Positions 18,251 to 28,196 of a stretch of 64,000 nt of DNA are shown here, in pieces. The translations under genes and the position numbers were made by a program. Location of the stretch: positions 1,302 through 65,301 of the forward strand of contig JAYGCM010000018.1 in NCBI GenBank assembly GCA_046583355.1, written 5' to 3'. A model generated the notes under the pieces. The model worked only from the letters and a program-made list of their open reading frames with translations. It was not told where the DNA came from and did not search any database. The number at the start of each line of letters is the position of its first letter. The first letter of the stretch is position 1. The DNA comes from Deltaproteobacteria bacterium (GTDB lineage Bacteria > Desulfobacterota > Binatia > UBA12015).

Positions 18251-19774
18251 ATGACCAACCATTCCCGCCGCGATTCGCTGAATGTGATCGTGGTGTTGCT
18301 CGATACGCTCCGCGCCGACCATCTCTCCTGTTATGGCGCCGGCCGTCGGACCTCGCCGAATCTCGACCGCATCGCGAGCCAGGCGACTCTTTTCGAAAAA
18401 GCGATCTCACCAGCCGCCTGGACGCCACCGGCGCATGCCTCGCTCTTCACCGGCACCTATCCCTCGCGTCACCGCGTGGACCGCAGCAACCTGACGTTGA
18501 GTGCAGACTTGCAACCTCTGCCGGAAGTCCTGCGTCGCGGCGGCTACCGAACCTACGGAGTCTCAAGCAACTACTGGCTCTCGCGAGAAACCTCCTTCGA
18601 CCGCGGCTTCGATGAGTTCGTGCATAGCTGGCAACTGGTCCAGACCGCGGGCACCAATGCGCCGCTGGCGCGTCAGCAGCGCAAACAGGATCTCGGCCTC
18701 GGCGAGTTGGGCGGGCCGGCGGAGACGCCGAGCAAATACGCGCAGCAGGCCAATCGGCTCTTCGAGAAGGCGACCAACAAACTTCGCAACCGCCTACAGG
18801 CCTATGATGACGGCGCCTACCGTGTCGTGAACCAGGTAAAACGCTGGATTCCACGTTGGGTCCGAGAAGAGCAGCCCTTCTTTGCCTTCCTGCATTTCAT
18901 GGAGCCGCATATCCGCTACTCCGCTCCGGGCCAATACCACCTCAAGCACGTCCCCAAGGGCGTCAGCGCCGAGCGTGCGCGCCAGGTGAATCAGGACCCT
19001 TGGCGTTTTCTCACCGGTCAAACCGAGATGACCGAAGAGGATTTCGTGATCCTCTCCGCTCTCTACGACGGCGAGATCAGTTATCTCGACTCCCGCATCG
19101 GGCAATTGCATGAAATGCTCGAGCGCTCCGGCCTGTTGGAGAATACCGTCGTCATCTTCACCAGCGACCACGGCGAGAACCTCGGCGAGCATGGTCTGAT
19201 GGACCATGCCTATTGCCTCTACGACACGCTGCTGAATGTGCCCTTGATCATTCAGGCACCAACTGAATTTACCGCCGGCGAGCGAATCTCGCGGCCGGTT
19301 CAGTCTGCCGATCTCTTCGGCACGATTCTCACGCTGGCCGGGATGGACGAAGACCCGGTCTGGGACCAGGTGCAGGCACGCAACTCGCTGCTGCCCGCGG
19401 AGGTCGCCAAGCGCAATGGGGCCGAGAACTACACGCTGGCGGAATATCGGGAACCACAGCCGCCCTTGTCCGTGCTGCGGCGACGCTTCGAAGGCTTCAA
19501 CGGAGCCTATTTCGATCGATCGTTGCGCATGGCACGGACCGAGACGCATAAATATATCTGGTCGTCGGACGGGCATGCCGAGCTCTATGATCTGACGAAA
19601 GATCCTGGTGAAGAGAAGAATCTGGTCAATATCGAGCGCGATACGGCCGCGCGGCTGGCCGGCGTAATCGACGAAAAGCTCGGGACCTTCGAAGCGCCCG
19701 ACGCCGGCGATACCGGCATCGACCTCGACGACGATACGCTCAAAAAACTCGAGCAATTGGGATACCTCGCGTAA
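18251..19774 (+). CDS. sulfatase-like protein (alkaline phosphatase superfamily) lacking the formylglycine motif
   Basis: N-terminus aligns to arylsulfatases (VLLDTLRADHLSCYG ~ ADDLGYGDLGCYG; SPNLDRIA). The C/S-x-P-x-R position reads AAWTPPAHASLFTG. Metal-site motif TSDHGE is present. Confidence 0.8.
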   Translation: MTNHSRRDSLNVIVVLLDTLRADHLSCYGAGRRTSPNLDRIASQATLFEKAISPAAWTPPAHASLFTGTYPSRHRVDRSNLTLSADLQPLPEVLRRGGYRTYGVSSNYWLSRETSFDRGFDEFVHSWQLVQTAGTNAPLARQQRKQDLGLGELGGPAETPSKYAQQANRLFEKATNKLRNRLQAYDDGAYRVVNQVKRWIPRWVREEQPFFAFLHFMEPHIRYSAPGQYHLKHVPKGVSAERARQVNQDPWRFLTGQTEMTEEDFVILSALYDGEISYLDSRIGQLHEMLERSGLLENTVVIFTSDHGENLGEHGLMDHAYCLYDTLLNVPLIIQAPTEFTAGERISRPVQSADLFGTILTLAGMDEDPVWDQVQARNSLLPAEVAKRNGAENYTLAEYREPQPPLSVLRRRFEGFNGAYFDRSLRMARTETHKYIWSSDGHAELYDLTKDPGEEKNLVNIERDTAARLAGVIDEKLGTFEAPDAGDTGIDLDDDTLKKLEQLGYLA

Positions 19775-19798
19775 GCGGGCGGCAAGGCGGAAACTACG

Positions 19799-20764
19799 AT
19801 GGCAATCTGGAATCGAAACCGGGGTGGCGGCGGTGATGCAGGCGCAGGTGGCGCGAGTCGCATTGTCGTGCCGGCCCTCACGAGGCAGGAACCTTTGCTC
19901 ATGCCAGCGCAGGAGGGGCTCAATAACTATATTATCGTGATCCTCGACAGCTGCCGCTTTGACGCCCTCAAATCGGCACAGCCGAAGACGCTCCTGAAGC
20001 TCGGCGAGCTGGAACGGCGCTGGAGTTACGCCTCTTGGACGGCGCCCTCGCATTATAATTTGCTGATGGGGCTACTGCCGCACCATAGCCCGCAACAGGT
20101 CTATGCCTCGGACTACTATAAAAAAGATTTCCTCAACTACCAGAAACGTCTGGGCGTCGAGGATATCCAATTCAAGAGTATGGTGCCGCAGCTTTTCCTG
20201 CCGACTTATTTGAAACATCGGCTGGGTTATCGCACCAATGCCTTGGTCTCCATGCCCGTGCTCAACCCGCAGACGCTGCTGAACAAGGACTTTGATCGCT
20301 ACGAATTGATGGCCAAGCATAACGATATGGACGCGATGCTTGATACCATGGAATTCCCCGAGGATAGGCCGTCCTTTTACCTGCTCAATACCGGCGAGAC
20401 GCATTACCCTTACGCCTTGCCCTCCGAGACCGAGAACGATTGGCCGAAAATCCACGGAGTCAACGGCGTTTTCAAGCATATGGGCGACAAGTTGGTGGAC
20501 GGCAAGATGGTTGAAGAAGAAGAGGAACCCGAAGAGTTCTTCGACCAACCGAAGCTCGACGCGTTGCGCCAGCGCCAGATCGAGGCCGTGACCTACCTCG
20601 ATACCGTCTTCGAGCGCCTCTTCGATATGGTGCCGAAGAATACCTTCATCACCGTCACCGCCGACCATGGCGAACTCTTCGGCGAGGAAGGCTACTTCGG
20701 TCACGGACCGATTGCCCACGAGAAGGTCTACGAAGTCCCCTTCCTTGAGGGCAAAATCCGCTAG
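19799..20764 (+). CDS. sulfatase-like protein, paralog of the upstream gene
   Basis: VILDSCRFDAL, ASWTAPSHYNLLMG (same W-T-x-P-x-H variant), TADHGELFGEEGYFGHG. Alternative start MPAQEG at 19901. Confidence 0.65.
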   Translation: MAIWNRNRGGGGDAGAGGASRIVVPALTRQEPLLMPAQEGLNNYIIVILDSCRFDALKSAQPKTLLKLGELERRWSYASWTAPSHYNLLMGLLPHHSPQQVYASDYYKKDFLNYQKRLGVEDIQFKSMVPQLFLPTYLKHRLGYRTNALVSMPVLNPQTLLNKDFDRYELMAKHNDMDAMLDTMEFPEDRPSFYLLNTGETHYPYALPSETENDWPKIHGVNGVFKHMGDKLVDGKMVEEEEEPEEFFDQPKLDALRQRQIEAVTYLDTVFERLFDMVPKNTFITVTADHGELFGEEGYFGHGPIAHEKVYEVPFLEGKIR

Positions 20765-20800
20765 CAACCCGGATATTACGGCCCGTCGCGCCGGGCTCTT

Positions 20801-21496
20801 TCAGATATCGATGTAGACCCAGGCCTGGCCGGATTCCGTGACCAGCTTGCTCGGGCAATTCTCGATCGCGATGGCGTCGTCGCGAAAGCGGGCGAGGGCA
20901 TCGGCCTTGGCATCGCCATAGAAGACCAGGACGCTCAGCCCCGAAGCTTCGAGGAGTTCACGACTGGCCGAGAGGCGCCGGGCGGGCGGCTTGGGTGCGT
21001 CCGTGACCAGCACGAAATGGCTCCCGTGCGCCCGCACGCTGGCGTGGTCCGGGAAAAGCGATGCCGTATGGCCGTCTTCGCCCGCGCTCAGGATCACCGC
21101 ATCGAAGCGGCCGCCGCAGCGCCGCAGATCGTCGGCATAGGCCGCGATTCCCGCATCGGAGGCATCCTCCTGCACGAAGAAGGGGTGCGCATTTTCGCGT
21201 GGCAGTCGGCCCGTCTCTCCGAGTGGGTGCACCAGAGTCCGGTGTACGACTTGCCAATTGCTCTCATCGCTGGTGATCGGCACGAGCCTCTCGTCGGCAA
21301 GAAAAATGTGGATTTTCGTCCAGGGAAGCTCGCGTCCGGCCAGCTCCGCATAGATACCCGCGACGCTACTACCACCGACCAGGCCAAGGACCGCGCTGCC
21401 GGACTCGCGCACGCGGCTGGCAAGTTTGTCTGCGACCACACCGGCCGCGTGGCGATCGAGTTCTTCTCTATCTCCGTTTCGTTCTTCGACTGACAT
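20801..21496 (-). CDS. pgl: 6-phosphogluconolactonase
   Basis: NagB/RpiA/Pgl fold: LGLVGGSS, HIFLADERLVP, LSAGEDGHTASLFP. Confidence 0.85.
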   Translation of the reverse strand: MSVEERNGDREELDRHAAGVVADKLASRVRESGSAVLGLVGGSSVAGIYAELAGRELPWTKIHIFLADERLVPITSDESNWQVVHRTLVHPLGETGRLPRENAHPFFVQEDASDAGIAAYADDLRRCGGRFDAVILSAGEDGHTASLFPDHASVRAHGSHFVLVTDAPKPPARRLSASRELLEASGLSVLVFYGDAKADALARFRDDAIAIENCPSKLVTESGQAWVYIDI

Positions 21497-21553
21497 GGCT
21501 CCTTCTACCTCATTTTCACCACTCAGCCCAGAAGACTTGCGCCGGGGAGGCTT

Positions 21554-21973
21554 CTACCACTCGCCGGAATTCTCCATGGATCCCCACGGCTCCGTGGGCG
21601 CGAGTGCCGCACCATTTTGCAGAAGCTCCACTGAGATTCCGTCGGGTGAGCGCACGAATGCCATATGCCCGTCGCGGGGCGGGCGGTTGATCGTCACCCC
21701 GAGTGCCTGGAGACGTTCGCAGGCCGCGTAGATATCATCGACAGCATAGGCGAGGTGGCCAAAATTCCGGCCGCCCGCATACGCTTCCGGATCCCAATTC
21801 CAGGTCAGTTCAACCTGCGCATCATCGTCGCCCGGAGCGGCGAGAAAGACCAACGTAAAGCGGCCCGGCTCGACATCAAAACGCCGCATCTCGCGCAATC
21901 CGAGCCCGTCGCAATAGAATTTCAAAGACGCATCCAGATCCTTCACGCGAACCATCGTATGCAGGTATTTCAT
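21554..21973 (-). CDS. gloA: lactoylglutathione lyase (glyoxalase I)
   Basis: MKYLHTMVRVKDLDASLKFY...GHLAYAVDDIY...VELLQ; 139 aa. Confidence 0.9.
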   Translation of the reverse strand: MKYLHTMVRVKDLDASLKFYCDGLGLREMRRFDVEPGRFTLVFLAAPGDDDAQVELTWNWDPEAYAGGRNFGHLAYAVDDIYAACERLQALGVTINRPPRDGHMAFVRSPDGISVELLQNGAALAPTEPWGSMENSGEW

Positions 21974-22065
21974 GGCCCACGTTTGCCGCAGCGAGCATGC
22001 AGTCGCAAGGGGACAGAATTCGGTACACGTCCCGCTGAAGGGGACAGGTTTGGGTACACGTCCCC

Positions 22066-23382
22066 TTAAAGGGCCGCGTCGAAGAAAAGGTGACAGGCGG
22101 CTACGGCGCCGGCGATGCCGGCCAGGTCACCGATCAGGCAGCAGGCGAGTGCGTGGCGGGCGTCGCGGACGCCTGCGGCGCCGAGGTAGAGGGCCAGGAC
22201 GTAGAAGGTGGTTTCGGTGGAGCCCTGGAGGGTGCTGACCAGGTAGCCGACAAAGGAGTCGGGGCCGTAGGCGGTGAGGGTTTCGCTCATGATCGCAAAA
22301 GAGCCGGAGCCGGAGAGGGGGCGCAGCAGGGCCATCGGGAGTGCGGCGGCGGGCAGGCCGATGCGGCTGGTGATGGGGTCGATGGCGCCGATGATCAGGT
22401 CGAGGGCGCCCGAGGCGCGGAACATGCCGACGGCGACGAGAATGCCGACCAGGTAGGGAACGATGCGGGCGGCGACTTCGAGGCCTTCGCGCGCGCCGGC
22501 GACCATCGACTCGTAGACACGCACGCGACCACGGATGCCGATCAGCAGAAGTCCGACGATCAGGAGCGGGAAGAGCCAGGTTTGCAGAAGGTTCTGCACG
22601 ATCGCGCCGGGGCCTTCGCTTTGCGCGAGGCGACTGGCCTCGCGCAAAAGACCCACAGCGAGGGCACCCAGGGTGAACCAGATGGTCAAGCGATTGCCCA
22701 GGCTACGCGGCGTCGCGGCGGTTGGCACGGGTGTCTCGGTCGGGAGTTCGATCTCGGGCGGAGGCGCGGCGGGAGCGGCGCCACCGGCGGGTGATCGGTG
22801 GCGGAAACGGGGCAGGCGGCGCAGCAAATAAAAGGCGCTTACGGCGGCGACGGTGGAGCAGGTGGTGGCGATCAAAGTAGGCAGCCAGATGGCCTCGGGA
22901 TGCGCCGAACCCGCGGCCACACGCACGCCGATTGTGCCCAGCGGCGGCAGGATGGTGATCGCCGAGGTGTTGATCGCGAGAAAGAGCACCATCGCATCGG
23001 TGGCGGCACCGCGATGCGGGTTCAGGCGATCGAGATCCGCCATCGCCTTGAGGCCGAAGGGCGTGGCCGCGTTGCCCAGGCCCGCCATATTGGACGACAT
23101 ATTCATGACCATCGCGCTCATAGCGGGATGGTCTTCGGGAACGTCCGGGAAGAGACGGCGCAGCACGGGAGCGAGAACGCGTGCAATGCCTTCCCGCAGG
23201 CCGCCGTCGAAGGCCACGCGCATGGCACCGAGCAGGAAGACCATGATGCCGACCAAGCCGATCACCAGCGTTACCGCCGAGTTCGCACTGCTGAAAATCG
23301 CCGCCGTGACCTCGGCCATGCGACCGGTCAGACCGCCCCAGACCACTGCCACCAGAATTAACCCCGCCCAGACCGCATTCAC
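22066..23382 (-). CDS. nucleoside-recognition (Gate) domain membrane protein, SpmA/SpmB-like fusion
   Basis: Two hydrophobic halves with Gate-domain-like motifs separated by a Pro/Ala-rich linker; 438 aa. Confidence 0.55.
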   Translation of the reverse strand: MNAVWAGLILVAVVWGGLTGRMAEVTAAIFSSANSAVTLVIGLVGIMVFLLGAMRVAFDGGLREGIARVLAPVLRRLFPDVPEDHPAMSAMVMNMSSNMAGLGNAATPFGLKAMADLDRLNPHRGAATDAMVLFLAINTSAITILPPLGTIGVRVAAGSAHPEAIWLPTLIATTCSTVAAVSAFYLLRRLPRFRHRSPAGGAAPAAPPPEIELPTETPVPTAATPRSLGNRLTIWFTLGALAVGLLREASRLAQSEGPGAIVQNLLQTWLFPLLIVGLLLIGIRGRVRVYESMVAGAREGLEVAARIVPYLVGILVAVGMFRASGALDLIIGAIDPITSRIGLPAAALPMALLRPLSGSGSFAIMSETLTAYGPDSFVGYLVSTLQGSTETTFYVLALYLGAAGVRDARHALACCLIGDLAGIAGAVAACHLFFDAAL

Positions 23383-23487
23383 GGCTGCGATGCCTAACGT
23401 GATTTAGGTGGGAAGCCCAACCGCGCTCTCGTAGTTTCGCCAAGTAGTGACGTTGGCGCTCGGGGCGCCTTTGCCTATGGTTGGAAT

Positions 23488-24606
23488 ATGTACGCGCGGC
23501 GAGCAACGGGTCGGGTCGATTTCCGATGGGGGGTGGTTCTGGGATGCGCGATCCTGCTTGCGGGCTGCGCGGGGGGTGAGAGCCCGGACCAGCCCAAGCG
23601 GCCCGCTCTGCCCGTAGAGGTGACCGAGGTCGTCGCGCGCGATGTGGATGTCGTGGTGCATGCCGTGGGTGGACTTGAAGCGCCTGCCAGTATCGAACTC
23701 CGCGCCCGCAGGGCCGGGCGCCTGGTGGGCCGCTTTGGCGCCGAAGGAACGCATGTCGCGGCCGGGACACGGTTGGTGGAACTCGACGCGCGCGAGGCCA
23801 AGGCCGAAGTCGTCCTCGCCCAGGCTTCGGTCGCCGACGCCGGGGCGCGCCATCGCAATGCCAAGCGGATCTTTGAACGGATGCGTGAATTGCACGGCAA
23901 GGGAGTCGCCTCCGAGCAGAGCGGCGACGATGCCAAGGCTGAAATGGAGCAGGCGGCGGCTTCTCTTGGGGTCACCCGCGCGCGGCTGGTGGTAGTGCAG
24001 GCGGTTCTCGCCGACACCGAAATCACCGCGCCCTTTGCCGGCTGGTTGGGCCGTTGGCGGGTGGATGTCGGCGCGTTTGTGCAACCCGGGGAGATTCTCG
24101 GCACGCTTTCGAACGATGACCCGTTGGAGATTGTCTTCGCCATCCCCGAGCGTGAGTTAGCCGCGTTGGCGCTGGGCCAGGCTGTCGTCGTGCGCACGGC
24201 CAGCCACCCCGGCGAGATCTTCTCTGGCGAGGTGACCTTCATCGCGCCCGAGGTCGACCCGCGCACCCGCACGGCGACGGTGGTCGGCTTGTTGCCGAAC
24301 CCGGAGCGTCGGCTGCGGCCGGGTCAATTTGCCCGCGTGGAGTTGGTGCTTGGCCGGCACATGGATGCGGCCGTCGTTCCCGAAGAGGCCGTGCGCCATA
24401 TCGGCGGCGATGATTTTGTTTTTGTCGTCGAGGCGGGCCAGGCGCATGCGCGCCGGGTAGAACCGGGCGAGCGTCGCGACGGCACCATCGAGATTGTCAG
24501 CGGGTTGGCGGCCGGCGAGATCGTGATCCGCAACGGCCATGGCCGTCTCGGGCTGCGTGAACCCGAGGCGGTGCGTATCGTCGAACTAGAGGACGACCGC
24601 GTCTAG
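23488..24606 (+). CDS. efflux RND transporter periplasmic adaptor subunit
   Basis: Lipoprotein-like N-terminus (LLAGC); HlyD/MFP barrel-sandwich and coiled-coil architecture; 372 aa. Confidence 0.85.
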   Translation: MYARRATGRVDFRWGVVLGCAILLAGCAGGESPDQPKRPALPVEVTEVVARDVDVVVHAVGGLEAPASIELRARRAGRLVGRFGAEGTHVAAGTRLVELDAREAKAEVVLAQASVADAGARHRNAKRIFERMRELHGKGVASEQSGDDAKAEMEQAAASLGVTRARLVVVQAVLADTEITAPFAGWLGRWRVDVGAFVQPGEILGTLSNDDPLEIVFAIPERELAALALGQAVVVRTASHPGEIFSGEVTFIAPEVDPRTRTATVVGLLPNPERRLRPGQFARVELVLGRHMDAAVVPEEAVRHIGGDDFVFVVEAGQAHARRVEPGERRDGTIEIVSGLAAGEIVIRNGHGRLGLREPEAVRIVELEDDRV

Positions 24607-27600
24607 TGTCGCTCTGGGCGCTTTGTATCAGGCGGCCGGTCCTGGCGACCGTGCTCTCGCTTGCGTTGATTCTCTTCGGCTCGATCGGTTTCGAGCGCCT
24701 CTCGGTGCGCGAGTTGCCCGATATTGAGTTCCCGACCGTAAGCATCCAGACGGTCCTGCCCGGCGCGAGCCCGGCGGTGGTCGAGAAGGAAATCACCGAA
24801 GAACTCGAAGAGGCCATCAGTACGGTCGAGGGCATTCGCACGCTGACCTCCTCAAGCTCCGAGGAATCGAGTCGCATCTCGATTGAATTCGAGCTGGATC
24901 GGTCCATCGACGCCGCGGTGCAGGATGTGCGCGACCGCGTGCGCAGTGTCCTTCGCTACCTGCCCGAGGAAGCCGAGACGCCGGTCGTCCGCAAGGTCGA
25001 TATGGACGCGCGTGCGATCCTCTGGATCTCGCTCAATGCGGACGATGCCAGCCTGCGCGAACTGACCGAATACGCCGAGGATGTGGTCAAGGAACGACTA
25101 CAACGGCTGTCCGGCGTCGGCACCATCTTCATCGGCGGCCGCAAGCGTTTTGCAATCAAGGTCGAACTCGATGCTGCCCGATTATCCGCGCACGGGCTGA
25201 CTGTCGGTGATGTAAGCGCAGCATTGCGGCGCGAAAATGTCGAGATCCCGTCGGGCCGTATCGAAGGCCGCCAGCGCGAATTCGTTGTCCAGACCGAGGG
25301 CAACCTCGCCTCGGTCGAAGCGTTCAATCAGCTGGTGATCGCCTGGACTGGCGAGGCGCCGATACGCCTGCGCGATATCGGCGTGGCGATCGAAGGCGAC
25401 GAAGGAGAGCGCAGTCTCGCGCGCTTCAACCTCGTGCCGCATGTTTCGGTCGGTATCGTCAAGCAATCCGAAGCCAATACGGTGGATGTGGCGCGCGCCG
25501 CACGCGCCGCCGTGCTGGCGATGCAGGCGGCGCTGCCACCTGGCTACCATATGCAGGTCAGCTACGACGGCGCCCGCTTCATCGAGGATTCGGTGGCGGA
25601 GGTGCAGGGCTCGCTCCTCATCGCCGGGTTGTTGGTTGTCCTGGTGATCTATCTCTTCCTGCATGCGCCGCGCAGTGCCCTGATCCCGGCGCTGACGATT
25701 CCGACCTCGCTGCTCGCGACCTTCGGCGTAATGTATTTTGCCGGCTTCACACTCAATAGTCTGACGCTGCTGGCACTCACGCTCGCCATCGGGGTGGTCG
25801 TGGATGACGCCATCATCGTGCTCGAGAACGTCCACCGGCATATGGAACAAGGCGAGGAACGCCGGGCCGCTGCGCTGGCCGGCACCACCGAAATTGCCTT
25901 TGCGGCAATCGCCTCGACCTTGACCCTGGTCGCGGTATTCGTGCCGGTAGCCTTTGTCTCGGGCGTGATCGGACGTTTTTTCTTCGAATTCGGCGTAACC
26001 GTGGTTGCGGCTGTGGTCGTGTCCTCCTTCGTCGCATTGACGCTGACGCCGATGCTCTGCTCGCGCTTCCTGCGGGTGGATGAGCCGCGCGGCCTTTTCC
26101 GCCGCTTCGAGCGAGGCTTCCTGCGCCTGAGCGAGAGCTATGGCGAATGGCTGGCATGGGCCCTGGCGCATCGCCCGATCGTGGCCTTATCCAGTTTCGG
26201 ATTGGTGCTGGCGGCGGTCGCACTTTTCTTCTCGCTCAGCCAGGAATTCGTGCCCCCGGAGGACCGCGGCGGCTTCATGGTCCTGCTGGAGACGCCGGAG
26301 GGTTCCACCTTGGAGCACCATGACCGCCTGCAATGGCCCGTCGAGAAAATCCTTTCCTCGATGCCGGAGATGCGCGCCGCGACCGCTTTCATCGGCTCGG
26401 GCTCCGGCGGTGTGGGCTCGGTCAATAGCGGAATGATCTTCGCACGATTGCATGACCGCAGCCAGCGTACGCGCAGCCAGGACGAAGTCTTGCGCGACTT
26501 CCGCAAGCGTACGGCCGATATCCCCGGCATTCGGGTCTTTGCGACGCCCTTCTCGGGTCTGCCGACGGGAGGACGGGGGCGGCCGCTGCAATTTGTCGTC
26601 CAGGCCGCCGATTGGCAGCGCCTCGGCGATGAAAGCGCTCGGCTTGCGCGTGCGATGGGCGAGATACCGGGACTGGTCGGCGTGAACTCGAACCTTGAGG
26701 TCGACAACCCTGAATTGCGGGTGCGGATCGACCGCGAGCGCGCCGCCGCACTCGGTGTGAGCGCGGCCGATATCGCCGATACGCTTCGCATCCTGCTGGG
26801 GGGCGCGCGCACGACGCGTTTTCGCCGCGGTAACCAGCGCTATGATGTCATCGTGCGATTAGAGGAGGGCCAACGCGCGGCCCCCGAGCAGCTCTCGCAG
26901 ATCTATGTGCGCTCGCGCACCGGAGCGTTGGTGCAGCTTGCCAATGTGGTCGAGGTCGAAGAAGGCGTCGGTCCGAGCTCAATCGGCCACTACAACCGGC
27001 GACGCTCGGTTGTGCTCTCGGCCGATCTCGACGGATTGGCGCTGGGCGATGGTCTGGCTGCCGTGCAAAGCCTGGCGGCAAGAATGTTGCCGCTTGATTT
27101 CTCCACCACGGTATCGGGTCAGTCACAGGAAATGGAGGAAGCTTTCGGCGATCTCAGCTTCACCTTCCTGCTTGCCCTGGTGGCCGTCTATCTGGTTCTG
27201 GCGGCGCAATTCGAGAGCTTCGTGCATCCCTTCACGATTCTACTGGCGCTACCGCTGGCCCTTTTCGGTGCCTTCGCACTCCTCGCAGCTCTCGGCATGA
27301 CGCTCAATATCTACAGCTTCATCGGCATGGTCATGTTGGTCGGCCTGGTGACCAAAAACTCGATCCTGCTGGTGGATTATACGAATACGCTGCGCGCGCG
27401 TGGATTGCCTCGCGATGTGGCCGTGATCGATGCGGCCAAGATACGCCTGCGCCCGATCCTCATGACCGCGATCTCGACCGTAGCCGGCATTCTTCCGGTG
27501 GCCGTCGGTCTGGGCGCCGGCGCCGAAAGCCGGCGCCCGCTCGGCGTCGTAGTAGCCGGCGGGATCGCCGCCTCGACCGTGCTGACTCTGATCGTCGTAC

Positions 27601-27659
27601 CGGTCTTCTACACTCTGATCGACGATCTGGTGCAGAAGACCCGCGGCCGAAAATGCTAG
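24606..27659 (+). CDS. efflux RND transporter permease (AcrB/HAE1 family)
   Basis: 1017 aa, 12-TM AcrB architecture. GTG start overlaps the MFP stop. Confidence 0.95.
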   Translation: MSLWALCIRRPVLATVLSLALILFGSIGFERLSVRELPDIEFPTVSIQTVLPGASPAVVEKEITEELEEAISTVEGIRTLTSSSSEESSRISIEFELDRSIDAAVQDVRDRVRSVLRYLPEEAETPVVRKVDMDARAILWISLNADDASLRELTEYAEDVVKERLQRLSGVGTIFIGGRKRFAIKVELDAARLSAHGLTVGDVSAALRRENVEIPSGRIEGRQREFVVQTEGNLASVEAFNQLVIAWTGEAPIRLRDIGVAIEGDEGERSLARFNLVPHVSVGIVKQSEANTVDVARAARAAVLAMQAALPPGYHMQVSYDGARFIEDSVAEVQGSLLIAGLLVVLVIYLFLHAPRSALIPALTIPTSLLATFGVMYFAGFTLNSLTLLALTLAIGVVVDDAIIVLENVHRHMEQGEERRAAALAGTTEIAFAAIASTLTLVAVFVPVAFVSGVIGRFFFEFGVTVVAAVVVSSFVALTLTPMLCSRFLRVDEPRGLFRRFERGFLRLSESYGEWLAWALAHRPIVALSSFGLVLAAVALFFSLSQEFVPPEDRGGFMVLLETPEGSTLEHHDRLQWPVEKILSSMPEMRAATAFIGSGSGGVGSVNSGMIFARLHDRSQRTRSQDEVLRDFRKRTADIPGIRVFATPFSGLPTGGRGRPLQFVVQAADWQRLGDESARLARAMGEIPGLVGVNSNLEVDNPELRVRIDRERAAALGVSAADIADTLRILLGGARTTRFRRGNQRYDVIVRLEEGQRAAPEQLSQIYVRSRTGALVQLANVVEVEEGVGPSSIGHYNRRRSVVLSADLDGLALGDGLAAVQSLAARMLPLDFSTTVSGQSQEMEEAFGDLSFTFLLALVAVYLVLAAQFESFVHPFTILLALPLALFGAFALLAALGMTLNIYSFIGMVMLVGLVTKNSILLVDYTNTLRARGLPRDVAVIDAAKIRLRPILMTAISTVAGILPVAVGLGAGAESRRPLGVVVAGGIAASTVLTLIVVPVFYTLIDDLVQKTRGRKC

Positions 27660-27677
27660 ACGCGTGGTGGCCTCACT

Positions 27678-28196
27678 TCAGTCGCGTGGCGGTTGCCAGG
27701 GTTTTTTCAGGCGGGGTTCGATGCCGGCTGCGAGGAATTCGTCGAGCCATCCGTTGCCGGCGTCAGGGAAGGCATCCGTCAGGGGTAAATAGGGCTTGAT
27801 ATCCAGGATGGGCGTCTGGTCGAGGAGATCGATGCCGCGGACTTCAAGAGAACCCTGCTCGGCTTCGAGGCTGAGAAGTTCGACATTGGTGAGGCCGATT
27901 TGTGAGGGGCGGTTCGGGGCGCGGGTGGCGAGTACGCCGCGTTTGGGGCCACCGCGCGGCGGCTTCACCTGCGGCGCAAATCCCTGGCTACGGTCAAAGA
28001 GGAAGATCAGCCAGATACGGGTGAAGGATTCCAGATCCTGGAGGGCGGCGCGGAATTCAGGGGCGATCTCGATGGTGCCGCGCGTGTCGGGGCGTGCGTT
28101 AGGTTGGTGCGGCGCATCTTGGCGGCGCTTCCACGGCGTGCGCGCCCGGCCGATGATCTGAATCTCCATCGCCGGGGCGCCGGACGCAGCGCTCAC
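27678..28196 (-). CDS. tsaA: tRNA (N6-threonylcarbamoyladenosine37-N6)-methyltransferase TsaA (YaeB family)
   Basis: YaeB-fold motifs (RIWLIFLFD, GVLATRAPNRPSQIGLT). ATGA overlap with the upstream D-aminoacylase stop. Confidence 0.75.
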   Translation of the reverse strand: MSAASGAPAMEIQIIGRARTPWKRRQDAPHQPNARPDTRGTIEIAPEFRAALQDLESFTRIWLIFLFDRSQGFAPQVKPPRGGPKRGVLATRAPNRPSQIGLTNVELLSLEAEQGSLEVRGIDLLDQTPILDIKPYLPLTDAFPDAGNGWLDEFLAAGIEPRLKKPWQPPRD

